From contig NC_043003.1 in assembly GCF_006345805.1 (NCBI RefSeq), forward strand, positions 92,442,001-92,506,000: a stretch of DNA of 64,000 nucleotides. Direction: 5' to 3'. A program made the translations under genes and the position numbers. The notes under the pieces are model-generated. The model searched no databases. It was given only the letters and a program-made list of their open reading frames with translations, and was not told where the DNA came from. The stretch is from Octopus sinensis. Lineage: Eukaryota. This document shows positions 25,498 through 39,594 of this stretch, piece after piece. How positions within the stretch are numbered: the first letter of the stretch is position 1; each line of letters begins with the position of its first letter.

Positions 25498-26989
25498 TAT
25501 ATATATATATATATGTCTGTCTGTATGTATGAAATCAGAGGCCCGTCCATTACCGAAATTTGTCTGTCACTTAGTTGAACAGAATCTCTTGTGTGATGAG
25601 GAAGGGTTGGTTCTCATCCCTACGCTAATCTCTTACCTCCAAAAGTAACTAAAGCAAATAACAATAATCTTTTCTACTCTTGGCACAAGGCCCGAAATTT
25701 TAGGGGAACGGGTTAGTCGATTAGATCGATCCCAGTACGCAAATAGTACTTAATTTATCGACCCCGACAGAATTTGGACTCAGAACTTAAGATATAATAA
25801 TAATATCAACAGCAACAACACTGTTTAACACGATTTTTGTCTTTGGATAGCAACTGTTATTTCCTATTTGCTTACCACTAAAAAGTATGGAAAGTGGTTA
25901 ATATTTCCTTCAAACTTAGCGTTTGTTATGATACTTATTCAAACCCCAAAGAGTCCCTCTCAACACATGACTATGATGCTCCCCCACTACTCCTGATCAT
26001 GATCAGAGATGCACATATTGTCATTCACTAAAGGACATGCTCAAATGGTTAAAGTCAAGCAACTGACAAGCAAATCTGTGGTATTGAACAGAATATTTGC
26101 TATAACAATATTTCTGCTTCAGCAATTCAGTGCTGAATCTGAAATGTAATGGAAAATAGATCAGTTTCAAAACATTGATGTCTAGGTCACAAAAGCATAG
26201 TTTGAAGGGAACAGTAGTCATTTCATTTGATTTCTAGATAGAATAGTCAGAAACAAGTAGGAAATAACACTTCCTGACCAAAGACAAATAAATAAAATTA
26301 AAATTTTGTTACACCATGTCATTCAAATGTCATTGACTTTTCCATCACACATACAGAAAAATTGCTGAGGAAATTACATTACATATCTTAAGATTTCTGC
26401 TAGTGGAAAAGAACACAAAAGAAAAAGAAAAAGAAAAAGTTGTGTAGAATATGTTTAGGCACCTTTTGGGATGACTGGGTGAATGAAATTCAAGTAGGAT
26501 TTGAGCTTCTGTATTTAACATGGAGTTGAAGTAAATTGACTGGAAACGATAACAGTGACATCCTATAATTTCATAAATAAAACTGCTAGAAAGAACTGGT
26601 AAAATCCCTTCATATCATTACCAGAATTCCCTCATCCTTCATTATGCTGCGTCCAAAGACACTTGGAGGACACGAATGTTCACCAAAAAAAACAAAAAAA
26701 CTCAGGCGACATAGGGGTCTAGTGATGATTTATTTACATCATATTCTCAAGAGCAAATGAGGCTAAACAGATTTAGAGGTTGTGGAAAACTATTCGCGAA
26801 TCTCCTTTCGTGCATCAATGGGTGCTACTATATAGTCTGATATCTACTTTACTATTTGCGACCTACCGTAAATCACAATGAACTCTACCAAATAATCCAC
26901 TTACCACCTTCAGCAATTAATTCTAGCCTGCTTAGTTGTTCACACTAGCACCCTGCTGGCCAAAGACTTTTACAAAATAATCTCAAGTG

Positions 26990-27803
26990 GAGATGAAGCC
27001 GTGTCCTTTTTGAGAGAGCACAATCTTATTGACCACGTAGGAAATGTACCCCATGGTCATAAATGTAGAACACAAATGCAAGAAAAAAGTAAGAGGTATA
27101 GAACGGGAGAATTCCGGCCAATACTAAGATGTCCGAAAAAAAGGGTGCCAAGCTTATCGCTCAGTTCGGGAAGGAAATCAGTTTTTCTACTATACTGATT
27201 TGAATGGGAAGATCAACAGCAGATTGAGTGTGTACGAAATTTTAAAATTAGTGTACTGTTTTATTCGCTAAAATCCCGACGAGTACTACAGTAACCTTTA
27301 CTGGACAGTCGCCTAATACTATTACAGACTGGTTTAATATGCTTCGTGAAGTTTGTAGCGTGATAATATCACACCAAACGAGGGGTCAAATGATTGGCAA
27401 ACAGAAAAATCCTATACAGATTGACGAGGCTCGGTTTGCTGCTCGTCGTTAATATAACCGTGGTCGAATGTTGACAGGTGGTCGATGCAGAGCTTATAAA
27501 TAAGAAGAACCATGGAGCACGCATAGATAGGTTTTTGGTCTTGATTGTCAACGAAGAGAATATCAGCACAAAACCGTCAATCATCAAGTGAATTATGTGG
27601 ACCCGACATTAGGAGCTCATATACATGCTATTGAGCGACCGTGGCTTGACGCCAAGACTAAAATACTCAAGAAAAACAAAAAGGCCTACCTATTCAACAT
27701 TTTCAATCACAATTGGATCATTATTGTTGGAAAATGCTCAGGAAAAACGATGACCCGTTCACTGCTTCTTTTAAATGATATCAGATCAGTTTACAAACAT
27801 TAA
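26990..27803 (+). mobile_element. Decayed Merlin (IS1016/ISXO2-like DDE) transposase with an internal deletion
   Basis: RCPKK...; QIDEARFA(G)RR.YNRGRML; NHQVNYVDPTLGAHIHAIERPW. Frameshifts present. Confidence 0.8.
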
Positions 27804-27824
27804 AATCAATATTTCAGGTGTTAA

Positions 27825-28036
27825 AGGCGGCGAGCTGGCAGAAACGTTAGCACGCCGGGCGAAATGCTTAACAGTATTTCGTCTGTCTTTACGTTCCGAG
27901 ATCAAATTCCGCCGAGGTCGACTTTGCCTTTCATCCTTTCGGGATTGATAAATTAAGTACCAGTTGCGAACTGGGGTCGATATAATCGACTGGCTCCCTC
28001 CCGAAAATTTCGGACCTTGTGCTTAGAGTAGAAAAG
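27825..28036 (+). mobile_element. SINE family 2 with a 17-bp TSD
   Basis: AATATTT(C/G)AGGTGTTAA at 27808-27824 and 28037-28053. Confidence 0.92.
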
Positions 28037-28237
28037 AATATTTGAGGTGTTAATGATTTTTAATAAATTTTACACTACAAACTGTTTGTAGGGTTATACG
28101 ACTGTACGTAAGGAGGTTGGCGACAAATGCCTCCTTTTGACGTCGCACGGTCGTGTCCAAACAAAAGATAGAAGCTATATGTTACATATATAATACAGTG
28201 CCAAAAGGAATAAATGAAGGACAACAAACCGTTCCGC

Positions 28238-29116
28238 TGTTTGAGAGAGAAGAAAGACTTTATTTACGAGGCGTTAAAGCGAAAGTGTTGTGAGTGCTAG
28301 CAAGTGGAGCGTATGTGTGCATGCGACAAGTGTTTGTGTCTGTGTGTTCGTGTGTGCGACAGAAGGTACAAATAATAGTGTATGCACAGTATAAGACGAA
28401 TGTCTCAGCATAGAGTTACGATGGAATTTAGATTACCAGTTCATGCGTGAAGTACACGTTAGTAAGCGTTCTATAACAAAATGTTGTGTCTCGAGGCGAA
28501 GGTAGGTTGGGCACATGTCGTGCAGCGGTTGGAGCCTCAACGCCGAGCTGAGTCTCTTAATATAGATTTTCTTTAGATAGACTGACTGTTATACTTGGTG
28601 AAAAGTTCACTCTAATCAGCGTGAGTCAAACTTGGTCGTGTTGGTGTGTACATATTTGAAGTTGACGGTGGTAATGGCGACGTTGGTATAGACGACGTAA
28701 AGTTGGAGTACGATGATGGTGATGACGGCGGCGGAGATAGAAAACGTTCTGTCTGTCGCTGGTATATAATAACGTCTTCATAGCTGGAGCAATAGCATGG
28801 CTGGGTGACTGATCGTCTGTCGCTGCAACTGGAACATGGTTGAGTAGCTCAGGGGTCAGTGACTAGACCTTAAAAGGTCTGGAGTTGAAAGACGAAGAAT
28901 AGGAAAACAAGCGCCTATTTATAGAGAAAAATGACTCAAAGAAGCAGGCCTTATCCAAAGGCCGTGATTGGCTGGCTTTACACAGTGGCGCGAAATAAGT
29001 AGAGAGACAAACCGCGCCACATGCCAACCAATCAGTTCAGTGGACACAACAGGGACAAACCAGCCAAAGATGGCTGTAATCTCGAACGAGATCATTCCTG
29101 TTGTGTTTCTCAAACA
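28238..29116 (-). mobile_element. Solo LTR (879 bp)
   Basis: TGTTTGAGA...TCTCAAACA inverted termini. On the minus strand, CCAAT boxes, TATA (CTATAAATA near 28920) and AATAAA (near 28262) occur in the expected order. No TSD. Confidence 0.7.
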
Positions 29117-30210
29117 GTGAGGATATCAGATACGCTACATGTTTATTATGCCTTTGCTTTGTTAAAATAAATGTTCAATGATTTTTATCATATTTCATAC
29201 GACAAACAGTTGGTAGATATCATACTATAGTAGAAAATGGATGGTTGATATCATGCTATAGTAATACCCATCAATGCCATGTTTTCCTGTAAATGTGACT
29301 GTTTCCATCTTCCATATAACAAAGGCACGGTTTTCATGTTATATAAAATACATATACGTTCTATATAATTGTTATGTCGCATAGATTGTTTATATGAGAC
29401 AATCGGATTTCGTCACTTCCAGTCAATTTACTTTCTTTCTTTTAAACCTCTAAAGTGCATGTTAATCTTTTTGTGGAAGAAGGATTAGGGACGCCTATTA
29501 TATATGTATGTGTACACACACACAGACACACACATATGCATATACACCTTTTACCCTTTAATACACGTATATGTATCTATGGGGAGGTGAGTGGCTAAGT
29601 GGTTAGAGTGTTGTACTCATGATAGTAAGATTGCGGTTTCCATTCTGGGGCCAAGTCTGGTCGCAATATTCGGCGCGAAACTGACGGTAGCACTCTGACC
29701 AGTTATATATCACGCATGTATACATGCATGTTAGTATGTATATTTAAGATTCTTAATTACACAGTTAGTATAATAGCTAACAAAATCTGATATATAAATT
29801 GTTATTATATGTATAGATGTATTTCAACTGAAGTTTGCTTTTCTTTTCATTTCGCTTTTTAAACGTAGCTCACCTAGATTTGTAAGCTATCATCTTCATG
29901 AAAGACAGTGAACGCACTTATGTAGGGATGAATAAATTACAAGGTATATACTATACATTTGTACTAGATTATACAGTGGTTGGTGAAGAAAAGTAGATTT
30001 GTTTTTAAATGTCAGAGATACGATCCGTATGAAAAACAATTGTTAAGCTAGTCCTAACATACATAACGTAGGAGTAATTAGAAAGTCAAAAGATATGTTT
30101 ATGGACCGTGATAAAACAATATTAGTCATCTATTATTATTCAAATAATTTTTGGCAAGTAAGGATAATAACTCAGGATACGTTTAAGTTTTACTATAATC
30201 TCAACAGGAA

Positions 30211-30442
30211 GGCGGCGAGCTGGCAGAGACGTTAGCACGTCGGGCGAAATGCGTAGCCGTATTTCGTCTGCTTTTACGTTCTGAGTTCAAATTCCGCCGA
30301 GGTCTACTTTGCCTTTCATCCCTTTCGGGGTCGATAAATTAAGTACCAGTTACGCACTGGGGTCGATATAATCGACTTAATCCGTTTGCCTGTCCTTGTT
30401 TGTCCCCTCTATGTTTAGCTCCTTGTGGGTAATAAAGAAATA
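30211..30442 (+). mobile_element. SINE family 2 with a perfect 17-bp TSD
   Basis: TATAATCTCAACAGGAA at 30194-30210 and 30443-30459. Confidence 0.93.
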
Positions 30443-30772
30443 TATAATCTCAACAGGAAAGCATAGACTTCATTGTAATCACCGGAACAGTGGTGGAAAA
30501 GTCAATGATTAATATTACTTTAAGTTTCAATAAATAAGGACATATGAAAGCCTAAACATACTCAGAACTGTTTCCTTACATTTTTAATAAACAGTTAACT
30601 GCAGTTTATGTCAAAACTATGTACTTGATATTGAAATGAAGTAGCGGTTTCAAATTTAGGCACGCGGCCAGTTACTTTCGGAGAAGGAGGCAAGTCGAGT
30701 TCACCGACCCCACACTTTACCAGTTTTTAAATATTTTATTGATCTCTAAAATAAAAAATGAAGTTGATATAG

Positions 30773-31009
30773 GTGGTATTTGAACCCAGAACACCTAACA
30801 CCATAGTCCAACACCACCAACACTGCGATGGAGAATTCTCCACCCAGATACTGGCCAGTGGGACAGATGCAGTCAACCTCCGAATAAAGGAGACTCATTT
30901 CATCAGGAAGAAGGCACCCAACCTCTACCGCCGGAACAAACTTGATGGTTGGAAATTCATTTACTGCATCCGGAACCTTCAACCAACGCCAGCAGTAACA
31001 ACCATGTAA
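30773..31009 (+). mobile_element. Possible GIY-YIG endonuclease C-terminal remnant (PLE-like)
   Basis: H..HC...F..QILA.G...VNLRIKE.HFI.KKAPNL resembles the H...F.IL...L.IKE..I..P.LN pattern. Confidence 0.35.
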
Positions 31010-31344
31010 AATGTGTATAGATTATAGATTCGAAAGCTTTCATTTAGCTTACTAACCATAGAACTAGTAACAAGGTTACAAACAGACCACACGCTAACAG
31101 TAGGTCCCATCTGTCTATCTATCTACCCTTCTATCTACTTACCTAATCTACCTCTCAAAAACTGCTAAACCACTTAACTTTTAACTTCTGATATTTGGTA
31201 CTTTTGATCTGTCTGTCAGTCAGTCTGTCTATTTGTCTATCTATCTATCTACCACTAGACCTTTTCAGACTTCTTGAACCATTGAACTTTGAAAATTCGA
31301 AAAAAAAAAAGAAAAAATTTTCTGGATTTTCTCAAAGGCCCAAC

Positions 31345-31870
31345 ATTTTTAGAGAGGGTGACAGTCGATTACATAGAGTCCCAGTACACAACTGGTACTT
31401 AATTTATCGACCCCGAAAGGGAAAGTCGACATCGGCGTAATTTGAACCCAGAACGTAAAGACAGACGAAATACCTATTTCTTTACTACCTACAAGGGGCT
31501 AAACACATAGAGGACAGAGAAACGGATTAAGTCGATTATATCGACTCCAGTGCGTAACTGGTACTTATTTAATCGACCCCGAAAGGATGAAAGGCAAAGT
31601 CGACCTCGGCGGAATTTGACCGCAGAACGTAGCGGCAGACAAAATATCTACTTCTTTACTACCCACAAGGGGCTAAACACAGAGAAGACAAACAAGGACA
31701 GGCAATACGGATTAAGTCGATTACATCGACCCCAGTGCGTAACTGGTACTTAATTTATCGACCCCGAAAGGATGAAAGGCAAAGTCGACTTCGGCGGAAT
31801 TTGAACTCAGAACGTAACTGCAGACGAAATACTGCTAAGCATTTCGCCCGGCGTGCTAACGTTTCAGCCC
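31345..31870 (-). mobile_element. SINE family 2 tandem multimer (about 3 units)
   Basis: Repeated GTCGACCTCGGCGGAATTTGAAC and TAATTTATCGACCCCGAAAGG blocks. Confidence 0.88.
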
Positions 31871-32699
31871 CAATAAAATACGTAAAAATATTAAAAATAT
31901 CATTTAGTATGACAAAAACATTGATGAATGCGGAAGCTATTTTCATTGATATTTATATAAGGCAACTTTCTCTCTCTCTCTCTCTCTCTCTCTTACACAA
32001 ACGCACACACACACACACACACACACAGCAACAACAACCACTTTATATTATATAAACGTGTTTAAGTAAATCGACATTTTCTCTTAAGATCGACACGACG
32101 CTCAGTAAATGATATGGTTGACGCTCTCTCTAATTGTATTTCAACAGAAATACGAGAGGCTTCCGGCCACGACCAACACGTCATATATATATATATATAT
32201 ATATATGTGTGTATATATACACACACATATATACACATATATGCGTACGTATAAATATATACATATATACATATACATATATAAATACACATAAATATAC
32301 AAATATTTACATACGTTTATATATACATATACCTATATATACATGTGTAAGTATATATATATATATGTATGTGTGTGAGTATATGTGTGAGTGTATTGTG
32401 TATATATATATACACATACATACATTTATACATAATATATACATGCACATACACACACAAACACACATATATATAAACACTACACATACATACACACGTC
32501 CATACGCACACACAGACATACACACCAGTACATGAAACACATATCACTTCACACTGGGTTACTTATACACACACACACACACACACACAGGTCTACGTAA
32601 TTTTCAGCTCGCCCACACATACATACTCACACACTCACCCCCATTCATACATACACATTCACATACACACACACTTGCGCCCCTTAGTTCGTTCGGGTC

Positions 32700-33845
<1,146 letters not shown>

Positions 33846-34129
33846 AAAAATATTCTGTTAGCTTGCCTTCCTCGATTTCATCATCACGTGTATTCATAGT
33901 GAATGTATTTTGTAATGAGGTGATTGACGATTTAAAGTCTATTCTCAGCATAGTGACAGAGAAGATTTTTTCCCTTGTTTATGATTGTTTACATATATAT
34001 ATATATATTATATATATATATATAATATATATAATATAATTTTAATCCAAACGGGAAAACAAAAAACAACAACAATGGAACAATTACAGTATTATTATAT
34101 AGGCTCTCAGAAATGGAAGCAGAGGGTAT

Positions 34130-34156
34130 GACGTTTCGAGCGGAGCTCTTCGTCGG
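34130..34156 (-). ncRNA. Minimal hammerhead-like motif (U4C variant) in the PLE terminus
   Basis: CCGACGA-A-GAGC-UCC-GCUC-GAAAC-GUC; stem I is weak. Confidence 0.45.
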
Positions 34157-34269
34157 AAACATAAAGAAGGAAGAGAGAGGAAGAAAATCCCAAAGCGGGC
34201 AACAGATAGAGAAAAAAACGACTGGTATGTTTACGGTTTCACATGGTGAAGGCAAAAGTTTACGATAAC

Positions 34270-36990
34270 AAGAGCAAAGTAGTTTTTAAAGGCAAAAGAG
34301 TAGAGACAAGGTTGGTAACGCAACAGATGTGTGTGTATGTGTGAGTGTGTGTGTGTGCGGTGTTGTGTGTATGTGTGTGTGTGAGGTCGAGATAAAAAAA
34401 CAAATATATGTATGTGTTAGTGTGTGCGTCTGTGTGTAGGCGTGTGAGGTAGGGCGAGACAGTGGTCGGCATAGCAGACAAAGGTCAGTAGTAAAAAAAA
34501 GGAGGAGGGGAATGGAGGGAGGGGAAGGGGTGGGGGTTATTAGCGTGCCAGCGGTGGTTGAGTAGTAGTGTGTGTGTGTGTCCCGTGTCGTGGTAGTATT
34601 AATGGCGAGTAGAAATGAATGTGTGTAAGAGTAATGTATATATTTAAGCAATGTGGTATATGTGTGCGCGTGTGTGTACAAAAAGGGGGGTAAAGGAAAA
34701 AGGACTCCAGCTGAGTGGAAGATGGAAGAGTGGTCCCGCGAGACGGGCGTGGGAAAACCCCACGACAGCGACGGTCCCAGGAACGCGCGGGAGGTCTCGT
34801 CGGTCCAAGAGCGAGGTGCATGCGGCGCGTATGCGTGCGCGAACCGGCGCAAGCGCTTGTGTGCGCGCGCCTGCGAGTATGCGCGTAAGTATGTATGTGT
34901 GTGGATGTGTGAGTGTGTCTGTGTGTATGTCTGGGTGGCAGTGTGTCCGATGAATGTATGTGAGTATGTGTGTATATATGTGTGTGCATAGATGTATGTC
35001 CGGTGTGTGGTGTGTGTATGTGTATGAGTGTGTATGTATGTACGTGTGGGTGTGGGGAAGTGTGTGTATGTGAATGTGTGTGCGCGTGCATACAGGTGTG
35101 TGAGTGAGTGTGGTGTGTGTGTATGTATGTGTGAGTGTGTATGTATGTGTGTGTAGGATGCATGTATGTGTATGGGTGTATGTATGCGGTGTGTATGTAT
35201 GCATGTGTACTGCGTGGTGTTGTGTATGCGTGTAGGTGTGCGCGGTGTGCATGCATGCATGCATGTGCGTATGGTGTGTGTGTGCCTGTGTGTGGGTATA
35301 TATGTATGTGCGTATATGTGTGTATGTGCGTACATGTGTGTGTGTGTATGCATGTGTGGTATGTAGGTGTGTAGGCGTGTGTGTATAGGTGTATGTAAGT
35401 ATGTATGGGTGTGTCCGTGTATGTGTGTGTATGTATGTGTGTGTATGTAGGTGTGTGGGCGTGTGTGTATATGTGTGTGTATGTAGGTGTGTGGGCGTGT
35501 GTATATAGGTGTATGTATGTATGTCTGGGTGTGTCCGTGCATGTTTGTGTGTGTGTGTATGCATGTGTATGTAGGGTGTGTGTGTACGTGTGTAATGTAT
35601 GTGTGTATGGGCGTGTGTGTGCGTGTGCATGCGTGCGTGTGTGTATGTAGGTGCGTGTGTATGTGTGTGGGAGGTGTAGGTGTGTGTGTGCGTGTGCGTG
35701 TTTATGTTGGTGTGTGCGTATGTGAGTGTGAGGTATGGGTGTTGTCATGCATGTGTGTGCGCTGCAGGTGAGTGTGTGTGTAAGTATGTGTGTGTGTATG
35801 GTGGTGTGAGTGTGTATGTGTGTATATCTGTGTGTTGTATGTGCGTATAGGAGTATGTAGGTATGTGTGTGTGTATGTGTATGGGTGTATGTATGTATGT
35901 ATGTTGTGGTGTGCATGTGTATAAGTATATGTGGGGTGCGTATGTGTGTGTATGTGTATGTGTGTGTATGTGTATGTGTGTATGTATGTGTGTAGGCGGT
36001 GTGTGTAGTGTATGTATGTATGGTGTGTGTTGTGTGTGTTTGTGTTGTGTGTGTTAGGTAGATGTGGTGTATGAGTGAGGGATGGCTGTGTAGTGTTGTT
36101 GTGTGTATGAATGTAAGTTTGTGTGTATACAAATGTAATATGTATGTAGGTGTGTGTGTGTGTAGTGTACGTGTGCGTGTGTATGTGTGTGTGGGTATGC
36201 GTGTGAGTGTGAGTGTATGGGTGTATGTCTGTGTGTGTGTATGTCTGAAGTAGTATGGTGTGTATGTATGTATGTGTGTGCTGTTGTCGGGTATGTGGGT
36301 GTGTGTGTGTATGTGTGTGTGTGAGTAGGTGTGCGTGTGTATGTATGTGGGTAGGGATGCATGCGAGTGTGGTGGGTATGTATGATACATACGCACGCGC
36401 ACATCCGAAGCAAGCCCACACACCGAAGCGCGCTCACGCACACAACGCACAAGCAGTACAAACGCAAGCCCAAGGGGCCGACCAAGCCCCCAGCGCGCGC
36501 CAAGGCGCGCGAGCGCAAAGGCCCTCGAAACGCCCGCTGCGCGGGAACCGAGGATCCATCAGCCAAAACCGGAAAGCAGAAAAGAGGGGGGGCTGCCTGG
36601 ATGCAAAAAGTGTATTGTGGTGTGTGCATTCAGTGTAAGGGTGGCAATGTGTGAGTATGTATGTATGTGTGTGCCTACATGTATGTGTGTGTGTGAAGTA
36701 TGTACGTGCGGTGTGTGTGTGTGGTGTTGTGTGTGTGTATGTGCGTATGTATGTGGTATGTATGTGTGTATGTATGTCTGTGTGTGTGTTGTAAGTAGTA
36801 TGTGTGTGTGTATGTATGTATGGTGTGTGTATGTGCATGTGGTTTGTATATTAGTGTGTGCATGTATGTCTATAAGTGGGTGTGATTAATGTGTGTAAAT
36901 GTATTACGAGATGGGTCTACGTAATGTGGTGTGTGAACAGGCGTGTGGGAGGTAGGTGGGGGGGTGTGGTGGGTGGGTGTATCCGGAAAA
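34270..36990. repeat. About 2.7-kb degenerate (TG/TATG)-rich tract with GC-rich islands
   Basis: Direct reading; aperiodic, possibly a low-accuracy assembly segment. Confidence 0.8.
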
Positions 36991-38324
36991 AAAAAAAAAA
37001 AAAAACGGATCTCAAGAGGAGGGGCCTGTGTAATTCCGTGTGGAGTGGTAGTTGTTAGGGTGAAGATGTAGAGTACTCCAAGTGGAGCCTGGAAAGTGGG
37101 CGACCATTGTGGGGGGCGGCAGGGCGGGTATAGTGCGGTCGATGCGACGGGCGCGGGTGAGGGCATCAGAGAGGAGTATGGGTGGGTAACCTCGGAGTCT
37201 GAACATGCGGGCCAGGTATTGAGATTGGGTCTCGAAATCCTGGTCGCGGCTGCACAAACGTCGGAGGCGGGAGGAACTGGAGTAGGGGATGGCTCGTTGG
37301 GTGTGGAAGGGGTGGGAGGAGAGAGAGAGAAGTTGAGATAGAGAGGGAATCCGTAGGTTTAAAGAAGGCGGTGGTGAGAGAGTTGGAGGGGTGATCGATG
37401 CGGAGAGAGATGTCAAGGAAGTTGACAGAGGTGTTGGGAGATGGTGGAGGTGAATGAAGAGAGGTGTGATGAAATTTGGAAAGGAAAGAGATGAATTGGC
37501 AGAGAAGTTCACGGGAAAGGGAGGTGGCACCTACGCAGTCGTCGATATAGCGACCGTATAGTTCGGGGGTCGGCCCGAGGAACGAGGAGAACACTTGGGC
37601 CTCAATGTAGCCAAGAAAGAGATTGGCGAAATTGGGGCCCATCCTAGTTCCCATCGCGACCCCGGATACCTGTTGGTACGTTTCCCCGGCGAACGTGAAG
37701 CAATTGAGGGTGAGGACGAGCTCAGCCAAACGGAGAAGGGTGGGGGTGATCTGGGGGTGGGGGTCGGACGACGGGTCGAGGAAGTGTTGGAGGTCTAGGA
37801 GACCGTCATTGTGGGGAATCACTGTGTACAGGGATTTACATCTAAAGTGAAGAGGAGGTGTGAGGGGCTGGAAGGGAAGGAAAAGGATTGAAGAGACGGA
37901 GCGGCGTGGTTGGTGTCGTGTATGTGGGATGGGAGGGCTGCGACTAAGGGGGACAGGATGCGGTCGAGGTATAGGGAGATGAGTTCAGTGGGGCAATTAC
38001 AGGCAGAAACTATGGGACGGCCAGGATTAGAGGGTTTATGGATCTTGGGAAGGAAGTAGATGGTGGAGGTGCGGGGTGTGCGGACGATGAGGTTGGTGGC
38101 GGTGAGGGGGAGAGCGGAGGAGGAGATGAGGTCGTGGATGGTGGAGGACACTCGGTGTTGGTAGGAGGAGGTGGGATCGGAGGGGAGGAGGCGATAGAAG
38201 AGGGATATATATATATATATACACACACATATATATACATGTATATATGTATATTCCAAAGGATAAATTGAGCAGTTATATTTATATCTTGTATATCTTG
38301 TGTATTTTATTTATTTATTTATGC

Positions 38325-38630
38325 ATCCTTTTCAAGCCTAGCCAGGCTCATGGGCCCAGTTTCCCGGTTTCTATGGCGTATGTCCCCCCCCCCTCCAGCT
38401 GGACGGGACGCCAGTCCATCATAGCGTTACTCAAGGAAAGGGAAGAAAAAGTGAGGGAAAGTCGGGGCGAAAGAGTACAACAGGGGTCGCCACCACCCCC
38501 TGCCGGAGCCTCGTGGAGCTTTAGGTGTTTTCGTTCAATAAATACACACAACGCCCGGTCTGGGAATCGAAACCGCGATCCTCTGGCTGCGAGTCCGCTG
38601 CCCAAACAACTGGGCCATTGTGTCTCCACA
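38325..38630 (-). mobile_element. SINE with a family-4 head and the family-3 3' tail
   Basis: Head matches 25206; tail GATGGACTGGCGTCCCGTCCAG...CCCATGAGCCTGGCTAGGC matches 9312-9420. Confidence 0.8.
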
Positions 38631-39238
38631 CAGCAGTGTATTACTGGTTAATAACTGGTTAGAATGTTACCGACAGTTCCGCGTCAACTATTGCCTCTGT
38701 CGATATTTAAGACCCTTTACAGGCCGGAAGCATGTGTGAGGAGTTGTCAATATTGCCAAGTGCAATAAATGACGCGATGTCGGTAACCACTTTTTTTTAT
38801 TGTACTTGTTGTACTGTACTTGTTGTACTGTACTTGTTGGATTGACTGAGAGGCTCTAAGAGGTCGCTTGACCAACAAGAAATAATAACCAAAACTCAAT
38901 TAATAGCCTGCCGTCTTTAAAGAAAATATGATGATTAGGATTGGAACGCCTTTGAGCACAATTTAACATAAGGCAGACTTAGGTGTTAAAAACACGTTTT
39001 ATATCTACTGGGACAGTGAAGATCACGAAAACTGATCCCTAAAGGCAGCACCCTAAAACTGAGGACACCTAACACTATTCTTATCTATCAACTTAATTAA
39101 CATTCCATTATAGATATAATAGATCTTACTATAATTGAGCATCAAAGATGATACGAGGTGAGGTGGTATTGTGTGCTTGTGTATTTGTATGTGGCTTAAT
39201 GTTCGTATGTGTAAACATTCTCTGTGTGTGTGTGTGTG

Positions 39239-39301
<63 letters not shown>

Positions 39302-39421
39302 CTATGTCTTAAACTTAGAACTTAAATTACAATCGTTTCACATGAGTGTGTGGTTTAGAAATTCGCTTAGCAATCATGTGGTAGTGGGTGTGCCGTCCCG
39401 TGTGTGTGTGTGTGTGTGTGC

Positions 39422-39452
<31 letters not shown>

Positions 39453-39594
39453 CGTGTGGATTGTGTGTGTATGTGTGCGTGTATACACACACACCACACA
39501 CACATCTAAACTCGTGAAGTATTACTACTGCTAAAAACAGTAATAATGAGGTGGCTAGCAAGACTTCTACCTGAACAGATATAATATAAAATAA

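Larger units (their letters stand above)
34041..38204 (-). mobile_element. 5'-truncated Penelope-like element (Neptune-type RT) with a 3' pseudo-LTR, flanked by (TA)n
   Basis: RT: IYFLPKIHKP..PGRPIVSAC.CPTE; IPHNDGL; QQVSGVAMGTRMGPNFANLFLG; RYIDD at about 37540; RLRRLCS. 3' pLTR with an HHR-like motif at 34130-34156. The middle is interrupted by degenerate TG repeats. Confidence 0.8.

Noticed and set aside
34286-36450. Long ORFs of 200-636 aa rich in H/T/Y or C/V/M (also 1627-2650, 61833-62276 and many others)
   Set aside because: They are translations of CA/TA/CATA repeats, which lack stop codons in some frames; there is no coding signal.
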